IMG/VR virus record: IMGVR_UViG_3300026078_000024
Location: 28,878 to 92,877 of that record
Strand: one strand, 5' to 3'
Length of the DNA: 64,000 bases
Source of the DNA: a virus
Within the stretch, counting starts at the first letter, position 1. Every line of letters starts with the position of its first letter. The position numbers and the translations under genes were made by a program. Shown here in pieces: positions 19,405-29,202 of the stretch. The notes under the pieces are model-generated. The model did not search any database and was not told where the DNA came from. It saw only the letters and a program-made list of their open reading frames with translations.

Positions 19405-19591
19405 GGTGCGGTCCCCTCCGGACCGGACGGTGACCGAGGTCGGCGGCATCCGTGGGGGACGGGACGCATCGGGGGCACCGGCGGTGTTCCGTCGGCGCGG
19501 CGGTGAGGTACGGGCGGAACGTCCACGCCCCGCACGTGTCGCACCGTGGGCCTCTCGCGGTGATCGCCGCAAGAGTGGCTTGCCAGTTCAT
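19391..19591 (-). CDS. small zinc-finger protein
   Basis: CDTC...CPRC; first gene of the leftward operon. Confidence 0.5.
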   Translation of the reverse strand: MNWQATLAAITARGPRCDTCGAWTFRPYLTAAPTEHRRCPRCVPSPTDAADLGHRPVRRGPHRAQS

Positions 19592-19686
19592 GTTGATCCC
19601 TTCTCCGGGCCGTTGTTTCGCATGTACCAAGAATACGTCCCAGTGACTGATCACCACAAACGCATGCGGGGGGTCATAATGGATGC

Positions 19687-19908
19687 ATGACCCTTACGCG
19701 CGCCCGGACGGGCACCCCAGACGTTCTCATCTCACGGCGGGACGCGGCCGACCGGCTCGGATGCCATATCCGGTCGATCGACTACTACCTCAACACCCGG
19801 AAGCTGACACGGTACAAGGACGGACGCGGCCGGGTGGGGATCGACCCGGAAGAGCTGGACCGCCTCACTTCCTTCACTCCGGCGGTAATCTCTCCGAACC
19901 CCCGCTGA
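19687..19908 (+). CDS. excisionase/MerR-like HTH DNA-binding protein
   Basis: LISRRDAADRLGCHIRSIDYY...IDPEELD; at the divergence point. Confidence 0.75.
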   Translation: MTLTRARTGTPDVLISRRDAADRLGCHIRSIDYYLNTRKLTRYKDGRGRVGIDPEELDRLTSFTPAVISPNPR

Positions 19909-19938
19909 CCGCCCCGCACCCGGAAAGGCAAGATCACC

Positions 19939-20175
19939 ATGGACTTTCTGACGTGGTGCCGGTCGAGCGACCGGTGGCGTTCGCATGCATGGGCCAATGA
20001 TCGTCGTGTCCGGCTGCCCGCAGACACCCCCGAGACCCGGGAGGCGTACGAGGAGACCTTCGTCTCCGCCGGGTACGGCGGATACCTGCACCGGCTCGCG
20101 GAGGAGACGGTGCACACCGGGTCGTCCGCATGGGCGGAGTACGTCACGGCCATGGGTGCGGAGGGCGGCTCATGA
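19939..20175 (+). CDS. hypothetical protein
   Basis: ATGA overlap with the replicase start. Confidence 0.55.
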   Translation: MDFLTWCRSSDRWRSHAWANDRRVRLPADTPETREAYEETFVSAGYGGYLHRLAEETVHTGSSAWAEYVTAMGAEGGS

Positions 20176-23100
20176 CCACGGATGCGGAGATCGCTCAGCA
20201 GAACGGTCATGTGGAGGGGGCTCAGGAGAGGGTCCTCGACGCCCTCGGGCACCCGTTCTCCCCCGAGTCGCTGCGAGTGCTGGCGGAGTCGGCGATCACA
20301 CCGGAGACGGCGGCACGGTACGGGATCACCGCCGTGGCGGATCCCGATCACATCCCTGACGAGATCTTCGGATCGTGGCACGCGTTCCTCGGCGAGGCCG
20401 AGACCGGCATGATCTTCACCTGGCGGGACACCGACCGGGAGATCCCTCAGTACCGTCCGGACGTGGCGGTGCAGACGCCGGACGAGAAGATCCACAAATA
20501 CCTCGTCCCGCGCGACTCCGGCACCTTCCTCAACCATCTGCGGAACCCCGTCGGCCCGGACGACCCGGTGTTGTTCGTGGAGGGGTCGAAGCAAGGCGTG
20601 GCTGCGGCAGCGTGGGCCCCGGAGGGGTGGGGGGTTGTGGCGGTACCCGGGTGCAACAACTGGGTCGGCACAGACCTCTCATGGGCCGACGGCCGCAAGG
20701 TGATCATTCTCTTCGATGCGGACTTCACGTCGAACCGTGACGTGTACGACGCGGCAGCCGGGCTGAAGGAGGCGCTGGAGGTCGAGGGCGCGGCGGAGGT
20801 GCGGTTCGCGCATCTCGCCGGGGCACGCAACAAGGACGGTCTCGACGACGTTCTCGGACGGCGGCCGGAGAACCGGCGGACCCTGTACATCGAACGGATC
20901 GCCGACATGGCGGCCGACCGTCTCGGACGGCGGCCCACCCGTTCCGTGCGCGCATCCGCGTATTTCGACGAGAAGGGCCTGTTGGCCCGGACGTCCGCCC
21001 TCACCGTTCTCGGCAATCAACCGGCGGCCCTCGCGGACGGATCCATGATCGCTCTGTACCGGGACGGCGTGTACCGGATCGATCTCGGGGACGAACCGCT
21101 GATCGAACAGGTCAAGGATCTCCTGGGTGAGGACTACCGGCCCGCGCACCGGAAGACGATCGAGGAATATCTCGTCGGCGAGCTGTCCGGTCGAAACCTC
21201 CGGGTCGGGCAGAGGTCCACGGAACCGCTCCTGAACACCGCGTCGTGCATGATCGACCTCCGCACCGGCGAGGTACTGGATCATGATCCGAAATACCTGA
21301 GCACGTTGCAGATCCCGGTCCCGTGGGTGCCGGACGCGGCGTGTCCGACGTACGAGGCGTGGCTTGAGGACGTGATCCCCGGCCAGGCCGAGGCACTGGA
21401 GGAACTCGCGTCCACGATGCTCGACCCGTCCCGGACGCCCTTCAAGGCGGCGTTCCTCTACGGGCCGACGCACTCCGGCAAGTCGACGTTCCTGCGGATC
21501 ATGGAAGCGGTCGCGGGTGCGGCGAACCGGTCGGCCGTCGATCTCCACCAGCTCGTCGATGATCATTTCATGTCTGCCGAGCTGTATCAGAAGATCTTGA
21601 ACATCGGGTCCGACATGTCAGCCGCCCACATCTCCGACGTCTCCCTGTTCAAGAAACTCACCGGCGAGGACCCGGTGCAGGCGAACCGGAAATACGGCCG
21701 GACGTTCACCTTCACGAACCGCGCCCTGTTCGCCTTCTCCGCAAACGAGATCCCCACCGTCGGCGAGACCTCCCGGGCGTACGTGCAACGCATGATGCCA
21801 TTCCACTTCTTCAACTCGTTCGCCGGTAACGAACGGCCGGAAATTGAAGAGCGGATGCTCCGCGAGGAACTCCCGGGGATTCTCCGCCGCTGGGTCTCGG
21901 CGTGGCGCCGGTTCTCCGAACGCGGGATCTACCTACCGGTTCCGGAGGACGTGCAGACGGAGTTCGAGACGTCGAGCGACCGAGTCGCCCGGTGGGTGCA
22001 GCTCCGGTGCGACGTGCACCCCGAGGCAATCGGGCAGATGGTCGGCGCGGACAAGGGAGAGACGATCTCCGCTCTCTACTCCTCATTCAAGATCTGGGCG
22101 AGGGAGGACGGACCGGCAAACGTCATGTCACGGCAGAAGTTCTCGGAGCGTCTCCGGCGCATGGATGGGGTCGGGGAGGTACGTCTCGCGCACCGGAACA
22201 AGAACCGGGGTCTGAACATCACCACGCGGACCGGAGAGGACCGGGAGATCGTTCATGTCCGTTCTGCCCCAGTGACTGACGGAGATGACCGGAATGCCCC
22301 GGTGACTGACGCGGATGACCCGAAGGCTTCCGGTACTGACGGAGATGACCGGAATGCCCCGGTGACTGACGCGGACGCACCAAATGAACCGGTGTCTACC
22401 AAGAACGTACGGAATGACAGCAATGTCGGTGTCCGTTCTGCCCCAGTCTCTACCGGAAACGTGACGGTTCGTCCCGGTGTGGGTGTGGGTGGTGTTGGTC
22501 GAACCCCGGTAAAGGGCATAGCAGTGGTTCAGAACAAGATCAACGATCTTTCCTCTGAAACTCCCTCATGGACCGAATTCTCTGATAAGACCCACACCGC
22601 CAACACCGCCCAGGTCAGAGATGGTTCTTATACTCACACCGAAGTCACACCCCCCAGGTCAGGGGCCACACCAAGACCCACACCGGGGCAAACCGGTACA
22701 TCTCCGATAGACACTGGGGCAAAACCGGACACCCCCGCTCCCGCGCCCCCCGACAAGACAGGACCGGCCGTGACTTCGAAAACACCCACACTTCCCACAC
22801 CCCCCAGGTCAGAGCACTGCCCCGACCCGTTCGCCGACCACACCCCGCCTCCGTCCGCCGTGCCGGTGGGTCTCGACCTGGAGGCATGGGACGCGGAAGA
22901 TCTCTTCCGTCACGACACCCCGGTCCTCGGTCCGTACGTCCGTCTCGTGGGTGCCGGTCCGGTCGGAGACGTGGCCACCGGTCGCGCGGAGGTTCTCGAA
23001 CGCATCCGGGGAGACAACCCGATCGTGGGCGTGAACCTCGCCCTGTTCGATCTCCCCGCCCTTGACGTGCACGAGGGGATCCCGGTGGAGGAGACGATCC

Positions 23101-24587
23101 CCCGGGCGCATGACATCCGGTTCGTGGCATTCCAGGACGACCCGCCGACGAGTTACGAGACGAAAGCCGGGCCGCATTACAAGCACTACAACCTGGAATC
23201 GCTCGCCAATCGGTATCTCGACGACCACAAGTCGGATCTCGGAAAGGCACTCGCCAAAGAATACGGCGGGTGGGGACATATCGCGTACGAGGACGCGCGG
23301 TATCACGACTACTGCCGGGACGACGTAAACAAGGCTCTCCGTCTCGCGGACGTCCTCCCCATGACCGACTACGACCGGCGGGAAATGCGCGTGGCCGCGA
23401 TCCTGGCGCGCGCGTCCATCGAGGGGTTCCGGGTGGACGTCCCGGCCCTCGAACGGCGGATCACGGAGCAGGCGGAGCAGACGGCCGCCGGTCGGCAGAT
23501 GCTCCACGACCGGTTCGGGTTCCCCACCCACACCGCCGACGGGAAGAACGTTTCGAAGGCCCCGCAACGGACGGTGGCGGGGAAGAGGGCGTTCGAGGAG
23601 GCGCTGAAGTCGTTCGGTGTGGATCTAGGTGACTGGCCCCGTGGCAAGGACGGGTCCCTCTCCCTCGGCAAAGAGATCATGGCCGAGGCGATCGTGTGGG
23701 CGGAGACGGAGAACCATCCCGCCCTGGCGATCATGAAGGCGGTCGCCGAGATGAACGGCCTCCGCTCGAACGCGGCCAACATCATGCGGTGCGTGGTGGG
23801 GGACCGGGTCCACCCGAGGTTCGAACCGTTCCAAGCGTTCGGCCGGTGGTCGGTCACCGAGCCGGGCCTGACGGTGCTCAAGAAGAGCTACGAGGACTCC
23901 GACCGGATCTTCATGCTGCCCGACCCGGGCGAGGCTCTCGTGTCGTTCGACGCGGACCAAGTGGACATCCGGTGCGTGGCGTTCCACTCCCAGGACCCAG
24001 GTCTCCTCGCGATCATGCAGGACCCGGACCGGGACATCCACTCCGAGATCTCCGATCTCGCGTTCGGCGATCATGAACCCGATCACCGGTTCCACGCCAA
24101 GTCGTGCGACCTGGGATGGCTGTACGGCCGCACCGTCAACGGTCTGGCCAACACCCCGGGGATCACCCGCGAGGCGGCCGAACGGGTGGACATGACGATG
24201 CGGACGCAGTTCAACTCCGTGCCGGACTGGCAGCATGACGTGCGGCGGGCGGCAGAGGGCCGCGCGTTGCTCGACAACGGGTTCGGGAGGCACTTCCGGT
24301 GCGACGAGGGCAGGGAGTACACCCAGGCACCGGCGGGACACGGTCAGTCGATGACACGGGACGTGGTGGCCGAAGGACTCCTGCGCATGAAGGACCGGCA
24401 CCCCGAACTGATCCCCCGTCTCCGCGTCGTCGTCCATGACGAGATCGTGATGTCCATCCCCAGGGCTGATCTTGAGGACGTGAAGCGGGCGGTGATCGAG
24501 GATATGACGATCGAACGGGGCGGCGTGCCGTTCACGTGGGGATCTTCCCCCGCCGGAGACAACTGGGCCGAGTGCTACAAGAAGTGA
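20172..24587 (+). CDS. primase (TOPRIM)-SF3 helicase-family A DNA polymerase fusion
   Basis: LFVEGSKQ / ILFDAD / DGLDD TOPRIM; GPTHSGKST D5-type helicase; GLDLEA exonuclease; SFDADQVDIR, HAKSCDLGWLYG, VVHDEIV PolA motifs A, B and C. Confidence 0.92.
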   Translation: MTTDAEIAQQNGHVEGAQERVLDALGHPFSPESLRVLAESAITPETAARYGITAVADPDHIPDEIFGSWHAFLGEAETGMIFTWRDTDREIPQYRPDVAVQTPDEKIHKYLVPRDSGTFLNHLRNPVGPDDPVLFVEGSKQGVAAAAWAPEGWGVVAVPGCNNWVGTDLSWADGRKVIILFDADFTSNRDVYDAAAGLKEALEVEGAAEVRFAHLAGARNKDGLDDVLGRRPENRRTLYIERIADMAADRLGRRPTRSVRASAYFDEKGLLARTSALTVLGNQPAALADGSMIALYRDGVYRIDLGDEPLIEQVKDLLGEDYRPAHRKTIEEYLVGELSGRNLRVGQRSTEPLLNTASCMIDLRTGEVLDHDPKYLSTLQIPVPWVPDAACPTYEAWLEDVIPGQAEALEELASTMLDPSRTPFKAAFLYGPTHSGKSTFLRIMEAVAGAANRSAVDLHQLVDDHFMSAELYQKILNIGSDMSAAHISDVSLFKKLTGEDPVQANRKYGRTFTFTNRALFAFSANEIPTVGETSRAYVQRMMPFHFFNSFAGNERPEIEERMLREELPGILRRWVSAWRRFSERGIYLPVPEDVQTEFETSSDRVARWVQLRCDVHPEAIGQMVGADKGETISALYSSFKIWAREDGPANVMSRQKFSERLRRMDGVGEVRLAHRNKNRGLNITTRTGEDREIVHVRSAPVTDGDDRNAPVTDADDPKASGTDGDDRNAPVTDADAPNEPVSTKNVRNDSNVGVRSAPVSTGNVTVRPGVGVGGVGRTPVKGIAVVQNKINDLSSETPSWTEFSDKTHTANTAQVRDGSYTHTEVTPPRSGATPRPTPGQTGTSPIDTGAKPDTPAPAPPDKTGPAVTSKTPTLPTPPRSEHCPDPFADHTPPPSAVPVGLDLEAWDAEDLFRHDTPVLGPYVRLVGAGPVGDVATGRAEVLERIRGDNPIVGVNLALFDLPALDVHEGIPVEETIPRAHDIRFVAFQDDPPTSYETKAGPHYKHYNLESLANRYLDDHKSDLGKALAKEYGGWGHIAYEDARYHDYCRDDVNKALRLADVLPMTDYDRREMRVAAILARASIEGFRVDVPALERRITEQAEQTAAGRQMLHDRFGFPTHTADGKNVSKAPQRTVAGKRAFEEALKSFGVDLGDWPRGKDGSLSLGKEIMAEAIVWAETENHPALAIMKAVAEMNGLRSNAANIMRCVVGDRVHPRFEPFQAFGRWSVTEPGLTVLKKSYEDSDRIFMLPDPGEALVSFDADQVDIRCVAFHSQDPGLLAIMQDPDRDIHSEISDLAFGDHEPDHRFHAKSCDLGWLYGRTVNGLANTPGITREAAERVDMTMRTQFNSVPDWQHDVRRAAEGRALLDNGFGRHFRCDEGREYTQAPAGHGQSMTRDVVAEGLLRMKDRHPELIPRLRVVVHDEIVMSIPRADLEDVKRAVIEDMTIERGGVPFTWGSSPAGDNWAECYKK
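22266..22415 (+). repeat. five degenerate 30-bp tandem repeats inside the replicase linker
   Basis: GCCCCAGTGACTGACGGAGATGACCGGAAT-type units encoding APVTDGDDRN / APVTDADDPK and variants. Confidence 0.85.
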
Positions 24588-24601
24588 TCATGCGCCGACC
24601 G

Positions 24602-24611
24602 GTCGTATGAT
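24602..24611 (+). promoter_or_regulatory. extended -10 promoter motif GTCGTATGAT
   Basis: Intergenic, 32 nt before the start at 24644. Confidence 0.55.
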
Positions 24612-24643
24612 GGTGATGGACGAGAGATAGGACACAAGGGATC

Positions 24644-25087
24644 ATGACGCACAGCATGGACGGGTACGACGACCCCCACGGGCGTGAGTTGGATCTTGCA
24701 CCCCGTTGGGACGCGGCCCCCGGTGGGTGGGGGATCGTTCAGGTGAGGATCGCGGGTGCATCGGCCCGCCGGACCTACGCGTACGAGACGGACGAACCGC
24801 TGATGATCGGTGACTGGGTGACCATCCCCGGCAACGTGGTCAACGAGTTCGGAGGGTTCGGGGTGGTCAAGAGCTATGGCCGCGACGGGTACACCGGTCC
24901 CCTGAAGAAGATCATGGCGAAGATCCCCGAACCGCCGGAGCTGATGATCCGCATGTCCGTGGTCAAGAGCAAGGACCGGGCGGCGGAGATCTACGATCAG
25001 GCGGTGCGCGATGGGTGGCGCGGTGACCGGCTCACCGCGCTGGCGGTCCTCGGTGAGTCGCGTCTGCGGTCGCGGGGTGTGCGATGA
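24644..25087 (+). CDS. hypothetical protein
   Basis: RTYAY...IGDWVTIP SH3/KOW-like pattern. Confidence 0.65.
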   Translation: MTHSMDGYDDPHGRELDLAPRWDAAPGGWGIVQVRIAGASARRTYAYETDEPLMIGDWVTIPGNVVNEFGGFGVVKSYGRDGYTGPLKKIMAKIPEPPELMIRMSVVKSKDRAAEIYDQAVRDGWRGDRLTALAVLGESRLRSRGVR

Positions 25088-26001
25088 TCCTTCTCTGGTT
25101 CAAGATCATCTCGTACAAGATCTACAAGATGATCACCAAGGAACCCTCGAACCGTGCCGACACAGGGGCAGAGATCGATGTTCCGCGCGCACACGTGAGC
25201 TGTGATCATTGCCTGCACGAGGCGCACGACCGGTCGTGTGCGGAGTGCGGGTGCACGGCGCGACCGGACCTCCCGGACGGGGATGCAGGCGTGCATGTCG
25301 GCCTCGACCCGTCCGCTCCCGGCGGTATCGCTCCGGTGTTCGCCCGGGACGCCCTCCGTCTGGCGGCTCTCGACGAGGACCGCCGGGCGCGGGAGGAGGC
25401 CGCCGGTCTCGACCCGTCACGGTGCCCGTGCGGCGGCCGTCACTTCCCCTCCGCCGACGCGTGCCGGTGGTGCCTGTGCCACGACCCGAGCCGGGTGAAC
25501 CACCTGAGCCAGGAAGCGGTGGACCGTCTCCGGTACGACATGAGCGTCCCCCCGTTCCCGACCCACCCCGTGGCAGAGATCATCCGGAACAGCTACCGTC
25601 CGTGCTCGGTGTGCGGCGCGCCGGACCATGCCGGGGTGACCCACCCCGGGACCGTGGACGGGATCATGGACACCGGGCGCGAGCGGTTCCCCGGACTGGA
25701 GACGATCACCCCGGAGGACGTCCACGCCGAGATCATGGACAGCTCGCCCGCTAAAGAGATCGTTGTGTGTGGCAGGTGTGGTCACCCCGACCACGGGGCC
25801 GGAGACGGCCGCTGCGCCTTCCAGGTGGCAAGCCGGATGCAGGACGAGGGGTTCCACATGTGCCCCTGCACCGTTCCCCGACATGACCCGCACAAGTGCG
25901 AGCATCAGGTGAGTGAGCATGTGGACAGCGGCTGCATGGTGACCGGCTGCCGGTGCGAGTCCTCGTACGGCACGGCTTGCGGCCGGGAGGGGAACTCATG
26001 A
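25084..26001 (+). CDS. multi-Zn-finger Cys/His-rich protein
   Basis: Repeated CxxCxH...C.C units. Confidence 0.65.
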   Translation: MILLWFKIISYKIYKMITKEPSNRADTGAEIDVPRAHVSCDHCLHEAHDRSCAECGCTARPDLPDGDAGVHVGLDPSAPGGIAPVFARDALRLAALDEDRRAREEAAGLDPSRCPCGGRHFPSADACRWCLCHDPSRVNHLSQEAVDRLRYDMSVPPFPTHPVAEIIRNSYRPCSVCGAPDHAGVTHPGTVDGIMDTGRERFPGLETITPEDVHAEIMDSSPAKEIVVCGRCGHPDHGAGDGRCAFQVASRMQDEGFHMCPCTVPRHDPHKCEHQVSEHVDSGCMVTGCRCESSYGTACGREGNS

Positions 26002-26153
26002 TCTTCCTTGAGGTTCTCGCGGCTGCGTGCTGGATCTTCTACACCTTCTGGAAGTTGATGAAGGTGGTCCTCGACCCGCGTCTCGACTGGTCCGTCTCGC
26101 CCCTCGCCCTCATGTTCCTCACCGTCCTCGACGTGCGCAGGAAGCTGGCGTGA
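25998..26153 (+). CDS. small membrane protein
   Basis: Hydrophobic; ATGA overlap. Confidence 0.5.
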   Translation: MIFLEVLAAACWIFYTFWKLMKVVLDPRLDWSVSPLALMFLTVLDVRRKLA

Positions 26154-26287
26154 TGTGGTGGTGGGTGGTCGGCATGCCGGTCCTGTGGTTCCGCCGGTTG
26201 CTGTGCCGCGCCGGTCTCCACGACGACATGACCGACGAGTTCGGCGGCTACTCCCCGGTGTGTTTCCGGTGTCACGAGAGGATCTGA
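26153..26287 (+). CDS. small protein with LCxxGxH...CxxC motif
   Basis: RRLLCRAGLHD...VCFRC. Confidence 0.5.
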   Translation: MWWWVVGMPVLWFRRLLCRAGLHDDMTDEFGGYSPVCFRCHERI

Positions 26288-26289
26288 CC

Positions 26290-26400
26290 ATGAAGGTGTG
26301 CTGCCCCAACTGCCACAGCGAGGACGTGAAGGCATCCCCGTCCGGCACGATCTTCCGGTGTCTCGCGTGCCTCTACTCGTGGGTGGTGGCACCGGCATGA
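26290..26400 (+). CDS. small zinc ribbon
   Basis: CPNCHS...CLAC. Confidence 0.5.
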   Translation: MKVCCPNCHSEDVKASPSGTIFRCLACLYSWVVAPA

Positions 26401-26864
26401 GGGCGCGCCGTGCCGAGCACCCGGGGATCACGTTCCGGTCCAAGCTCGAAGCCCAGTGGTCGGCGATCTTCGATGAGATGGGGTGGACATGGGAGTACGA
26501 GCCCGTCCGGTTCGATCTTCCGTCCGGGATCTACATTCCCGACTTCAAGATCCGCCCACGGGCCGGTGATCCGTTCTGGGTGGAGATCAAAGGACCATGG
26601 CCGAACGCCCGTGAGTTCGAGGTGGCGACGGAAGTCAACATCTACGCACAGACTCCGTTGATCATTCTGTCCGGAGACGTGCCACGGCAGATCAACGGCG
26701 GCACGGCGTGGTGGTTCGACCCGGCAACCGACCGGTGGTCCATGCTGCGCTCCGAGGAGGGCCTGATCCGGGTGTTGTGGCCGGACGCGGCCGACCGGCC
26801 GGAACGTCTCGCCGGGTGGGATGACGTCCTGGAGAACGGACGCCGGGCGGAGATCATCACATGA
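26397..26864 (+). CDS. PD-(D/E)xK endonuclease
   Basis: FRSKLEAQW...WEYEP...YIPDF...WVEIKG. Confidence 0.85.
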   Translation: MRARRAEHPGITFRSKLEAQWSAIFDEMGWTWEYEPVRFDLPSGIYIPDFKIRPRAGDPFWVEIKGPWPNAREFEVATEVNIYAQTPLIILSGDVPRQINGGTAWWFDPATDRWSMLRSEEGLIRVLWPDAADRPERLAGWDDVLENGRRAEIIT

Positions 26865-26910
26865 GGCGACGTGGTCGCCGGACCTACTCAACGAGGAGCC
26901 CTGATGGATC

Positions 26911-27063
26911 ATGTGCTACATCCCGCGCTGGTACGAGACGGTTCGCGAGGCGAATGAGATCATGCTCCGGCAGTGGCGCCGGGGCGACTGGCGGTTCGGT
27001 CATGTGGAGTGGTGTGCGCAGCACCACGCCTACCACCTCATGAAGGGCGTGGTCCGTGTTTGA
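26911..27063 (+). CDS. hypothetical protein (50 aa)
   Basis: Hand-read MCYIPRWYETV...HVEWCAQHHAYHL; fills a gap. Confidence 0.4.
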   Translation: MCYIPRWYETVREANEIMLRQWRRGDWRFGHVEWCAQHHAYHLMKGVVRV

Positions 27064-27271
27064 GGAACTGAAGATCAGGATCAGACAACGGGGGATCGAT
27101 GTGTTCGGCACGGTGCACGTCGTGCAGCTCGAAATGCCGATGATCGATTACGACACGGACGGTGTGCCGGAGAACGTGGAGGCGTTGATCCGGAAGATCT
27201 TCGAAGAGAAGTTCCCCGGCGCGGTGCAGGACCCGTTCACCGAGGTGGACCGGGATACCCTCCGGCCATGA
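27056..27271 (+). CDS. hypothetical protein
   Basis: Operon packing. Confidence 0.5.
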   Translation: MFEELKIRIRQRGIDVFGTVHVVQLEMPMIDYDTDGVPENVEALIRKIFEEKFPGAVQDPFTEVDRDTLRP

Positions 27272-27427
27272 ACAATCCTTCGGATGTTCTTCCGAACAAA
27301 GAACTGAAGGCACTGGCGGCACATCACCGCCGGTGCCTTCTCTGCCGCTATCTGTTCGGGTGCCGTGTCTCCGACCGTCTCCTCACCGCATATCATCACT
27401 CCGTTCACATCCCCATGGAGGCGCCCG

Positions 27428-28813
27428 GTGCTCCGGTTCCTGCGGTACGAGAAGATCCCCCTCGACGAGCTTGATCTCTTCCCCGGCAACGCGAACGTCG
27501 GCAACGTCCCGGCGATCGTGGAGTCCTTGATCGAGAATTCACAGTTCCGCAGTCTGATCGTTCGCGAGGTGGACGGGCGGCACGTGGTCATGGCCGGGAA
27601 CCATACGAAGCTGGCCATGGTCGAACACGGCGCACAGCTCTGCGACCGGGCGCGGCGGCACGCCGAGAACCCGGACGACAACCCTGCGTGCGGCCTGTGC
27701 GTGGACGATCAACCGTTCGACGGTCGGCCACGGTGCGAGATCTACGAATGCGACGACGACGATGCGATCAAGGTCAACGTCGCGGACAACCGGATCCAGG
27801 AGTTCGGGCACCGGGACGATCAGCTTCTGGCCGACCAGCTCGGCACGTTGGAAGATCTCGCGGGCACCGGTTACGACTACCACGACTACGAGTCGATCAC
27901 GCACCGCCTCTTGGAGGGCAGCTACATAGATCAGCAGACGGCGGAGGTACTGGCCACCCAGGAACCGGTGAGCGCCCCGGAGCCGGGAAGCCAGGCACCA
28001 CCCGACCCCCCTCGGGTCATCTCCCGCACCGTCCCCCTCGACGCCATGTTCTGTTGCCGCTACAACTCGATCTCCCTCGCGGCGTACGAGATGGGTTTCC
28101 TGCCCGGCATGATCTCGTCCAAGACCGATGCCTGGCGCAAGATCCTGGACCGCAACCCAGGCATCCGTATCGGTCTCATGGACAACGACTGGCACGACTA
28201 CGATCATGCCGCGCACATCGCCGGGGTGACGGAGGCGAAACCGAAATACGCCACGGTCCGGGACGTCATGACCAAGGCGCAGTGCGAGGCGGCCGGGGTG
28301 GAGTTCTTCCCGGTCGAACAGATCCTGGACATGGCGGCCGAGGTCGCGGAACACGCCGACCACGTGATCGTGATCCCGAAGTACGACTGCCTTGACAAGA
28401 TCCCCGAAGAGTACGTGATCGGGTTCTCCGTGCCCACGTCCTACGGCGGTACCCCCATGCCCGCCTCGATGCTCCAAGGACGCCGGGTCCACCTCCTCGG
28501 CGGATCATGGAAGAACCAGCGCGCGTTCCTGGAGATCCTCGGCGAGGACGTGGTGTCTCTGGACAACAACCACGTCTTGAGGATCTGCGAGTTCGGGAAC
28601 TTCTCGTTCCCCGACGGGTCCACGTCCCGTCTCGCCAATCTCGACCCACGGATGCCGCGCACCTGGCAGGCCGCCGCGATCTTGTCTCTTGCCTCCATCC
28701 GGGACGAACTCAACGCCCGGTATGCGGCAGGGATCACGTCGGCGGCCGACGAGGTGCCGGACGTGACGGAGTACGTGCACGACGATCAAGAGGACAACGA
28801 GGAGACGGAATGA
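27428..28813 (+). CDS. ParB/Srx N-domain fused to a TGT-like domain; candidate DpdA-type DNA deazaguanine transglycosylase
   Basis: N-terminus PGNAN.GNV..IVESL...AGNHT...ADNR; C-terminus YATVRD, VIVIPK, RRVHLLGGS, VSLDNN; directly upstream of queF/C/D/E and folE. Confidence 0.65.
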   Translation: MLRFLRYEKIPLDELDLFPGNANVGNVPAIVESLIENSQFRSLIVREVDGRHVVMAGNHTKLAMVEHGAQLCDRARRHAENPDDNPACGLCVDDQPFDGRPRCEIYECDDDDAIKVNVADNRIQEFGHRDDQLLADQLGTLEDLAGTGYDYHDYESITHRLLEGSYIDQQTAEVLATQEPVSAPEPGSQAPPDPPRVISRTVPLDAMFCCRYNSISLAAYEMGFLPGMISSKTDAWRKILDRNPGIRIGLMDNDWHDYDHAAHIAGVTEAKPKYATVRDVMTKAQCEAAGVEFFPVEQILDMAAEVAEHADHVIVIPKYDCLDKIPEEYVIGFSVPTSYGGTPMPASMLQGRRVHLLGGSWKNQRAFLEILGEDVVSLDNNHVLRICEFGNFSFPDGSTSRLANLDPRMPRTWQAAAILSLASIRDELNARYAAGITSAADEVPDVTEYVHDDQEDNEETE

Positions 28814-29202
28814 CCAAGGTTCTCGGAGAACGCACGAGCGCCCCGATCAAGGCGGCGGATCTCGACGTGATCGACGTCGACAACCTCGCCCGGCCGGTGC
28901 GCTACACCACCAAGGAGCTGAACGCCCTCTGCCCGGTCACCGGCCAGCCGGACCAGTACGAGGTGATCATTCAGTACGACGCGCCGGGGAAGACGATCGA
29001 GTCCAAGTCCCTGAAGCTCTACCTCTGGTCGTTCCGGGACCGGGGGATCTTCGCGGAGGATCTCGCCGCGACGATCGCGAAAGATCTCTGCAAGGCGTTG
29101 CGGTTCCCGGTCCGGGTGCATCTCACGCAACAGGTCCGGGGCGGGTTGGTCCTGGAGGTCGACGCGTTCGGAGAACCGGTCATGGGGAGTGACGACGTAT
29201 GA
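28810..29202 (+). CDS. queF: preQ0 reductase (type I QueF)
   Basis: LCPVTGQPD, QueF motif ESKSLKLY, RGG. Confidence 0.9.
   Translation: MTKVLGERTSAPIKAADLDVIDVDNLARPVRYTTKELNALCPVTGQPDQYEVIIQYDAPGKTIESKSLKLYLWSFRDRGIFAEDLAATIAKDLCKALRFPVRVHLTQQVRGGLVLEVDAFGEPVMGSDDV

Noticed and set aside
22266-22415. 30-bp repeats as a CRISPR array
   Set aside because: The units are contiguous, degenerate, in-frame and spacerless, with no cas operon. The Cas4-like nuclease is a typical phage exonuclease.
22253-22860. Intein in the replicase
   Set aside because: No C/S...HN-C/S/T splice junctions and no LAGLIDADG motifs; the region is a low-complexity linker.
27268-27474. 68-aa ORF with CLLC motif
   Set aside because: Possibly real, but it overlaps the ParB-TGT start by about 47 nt and has little independent support.
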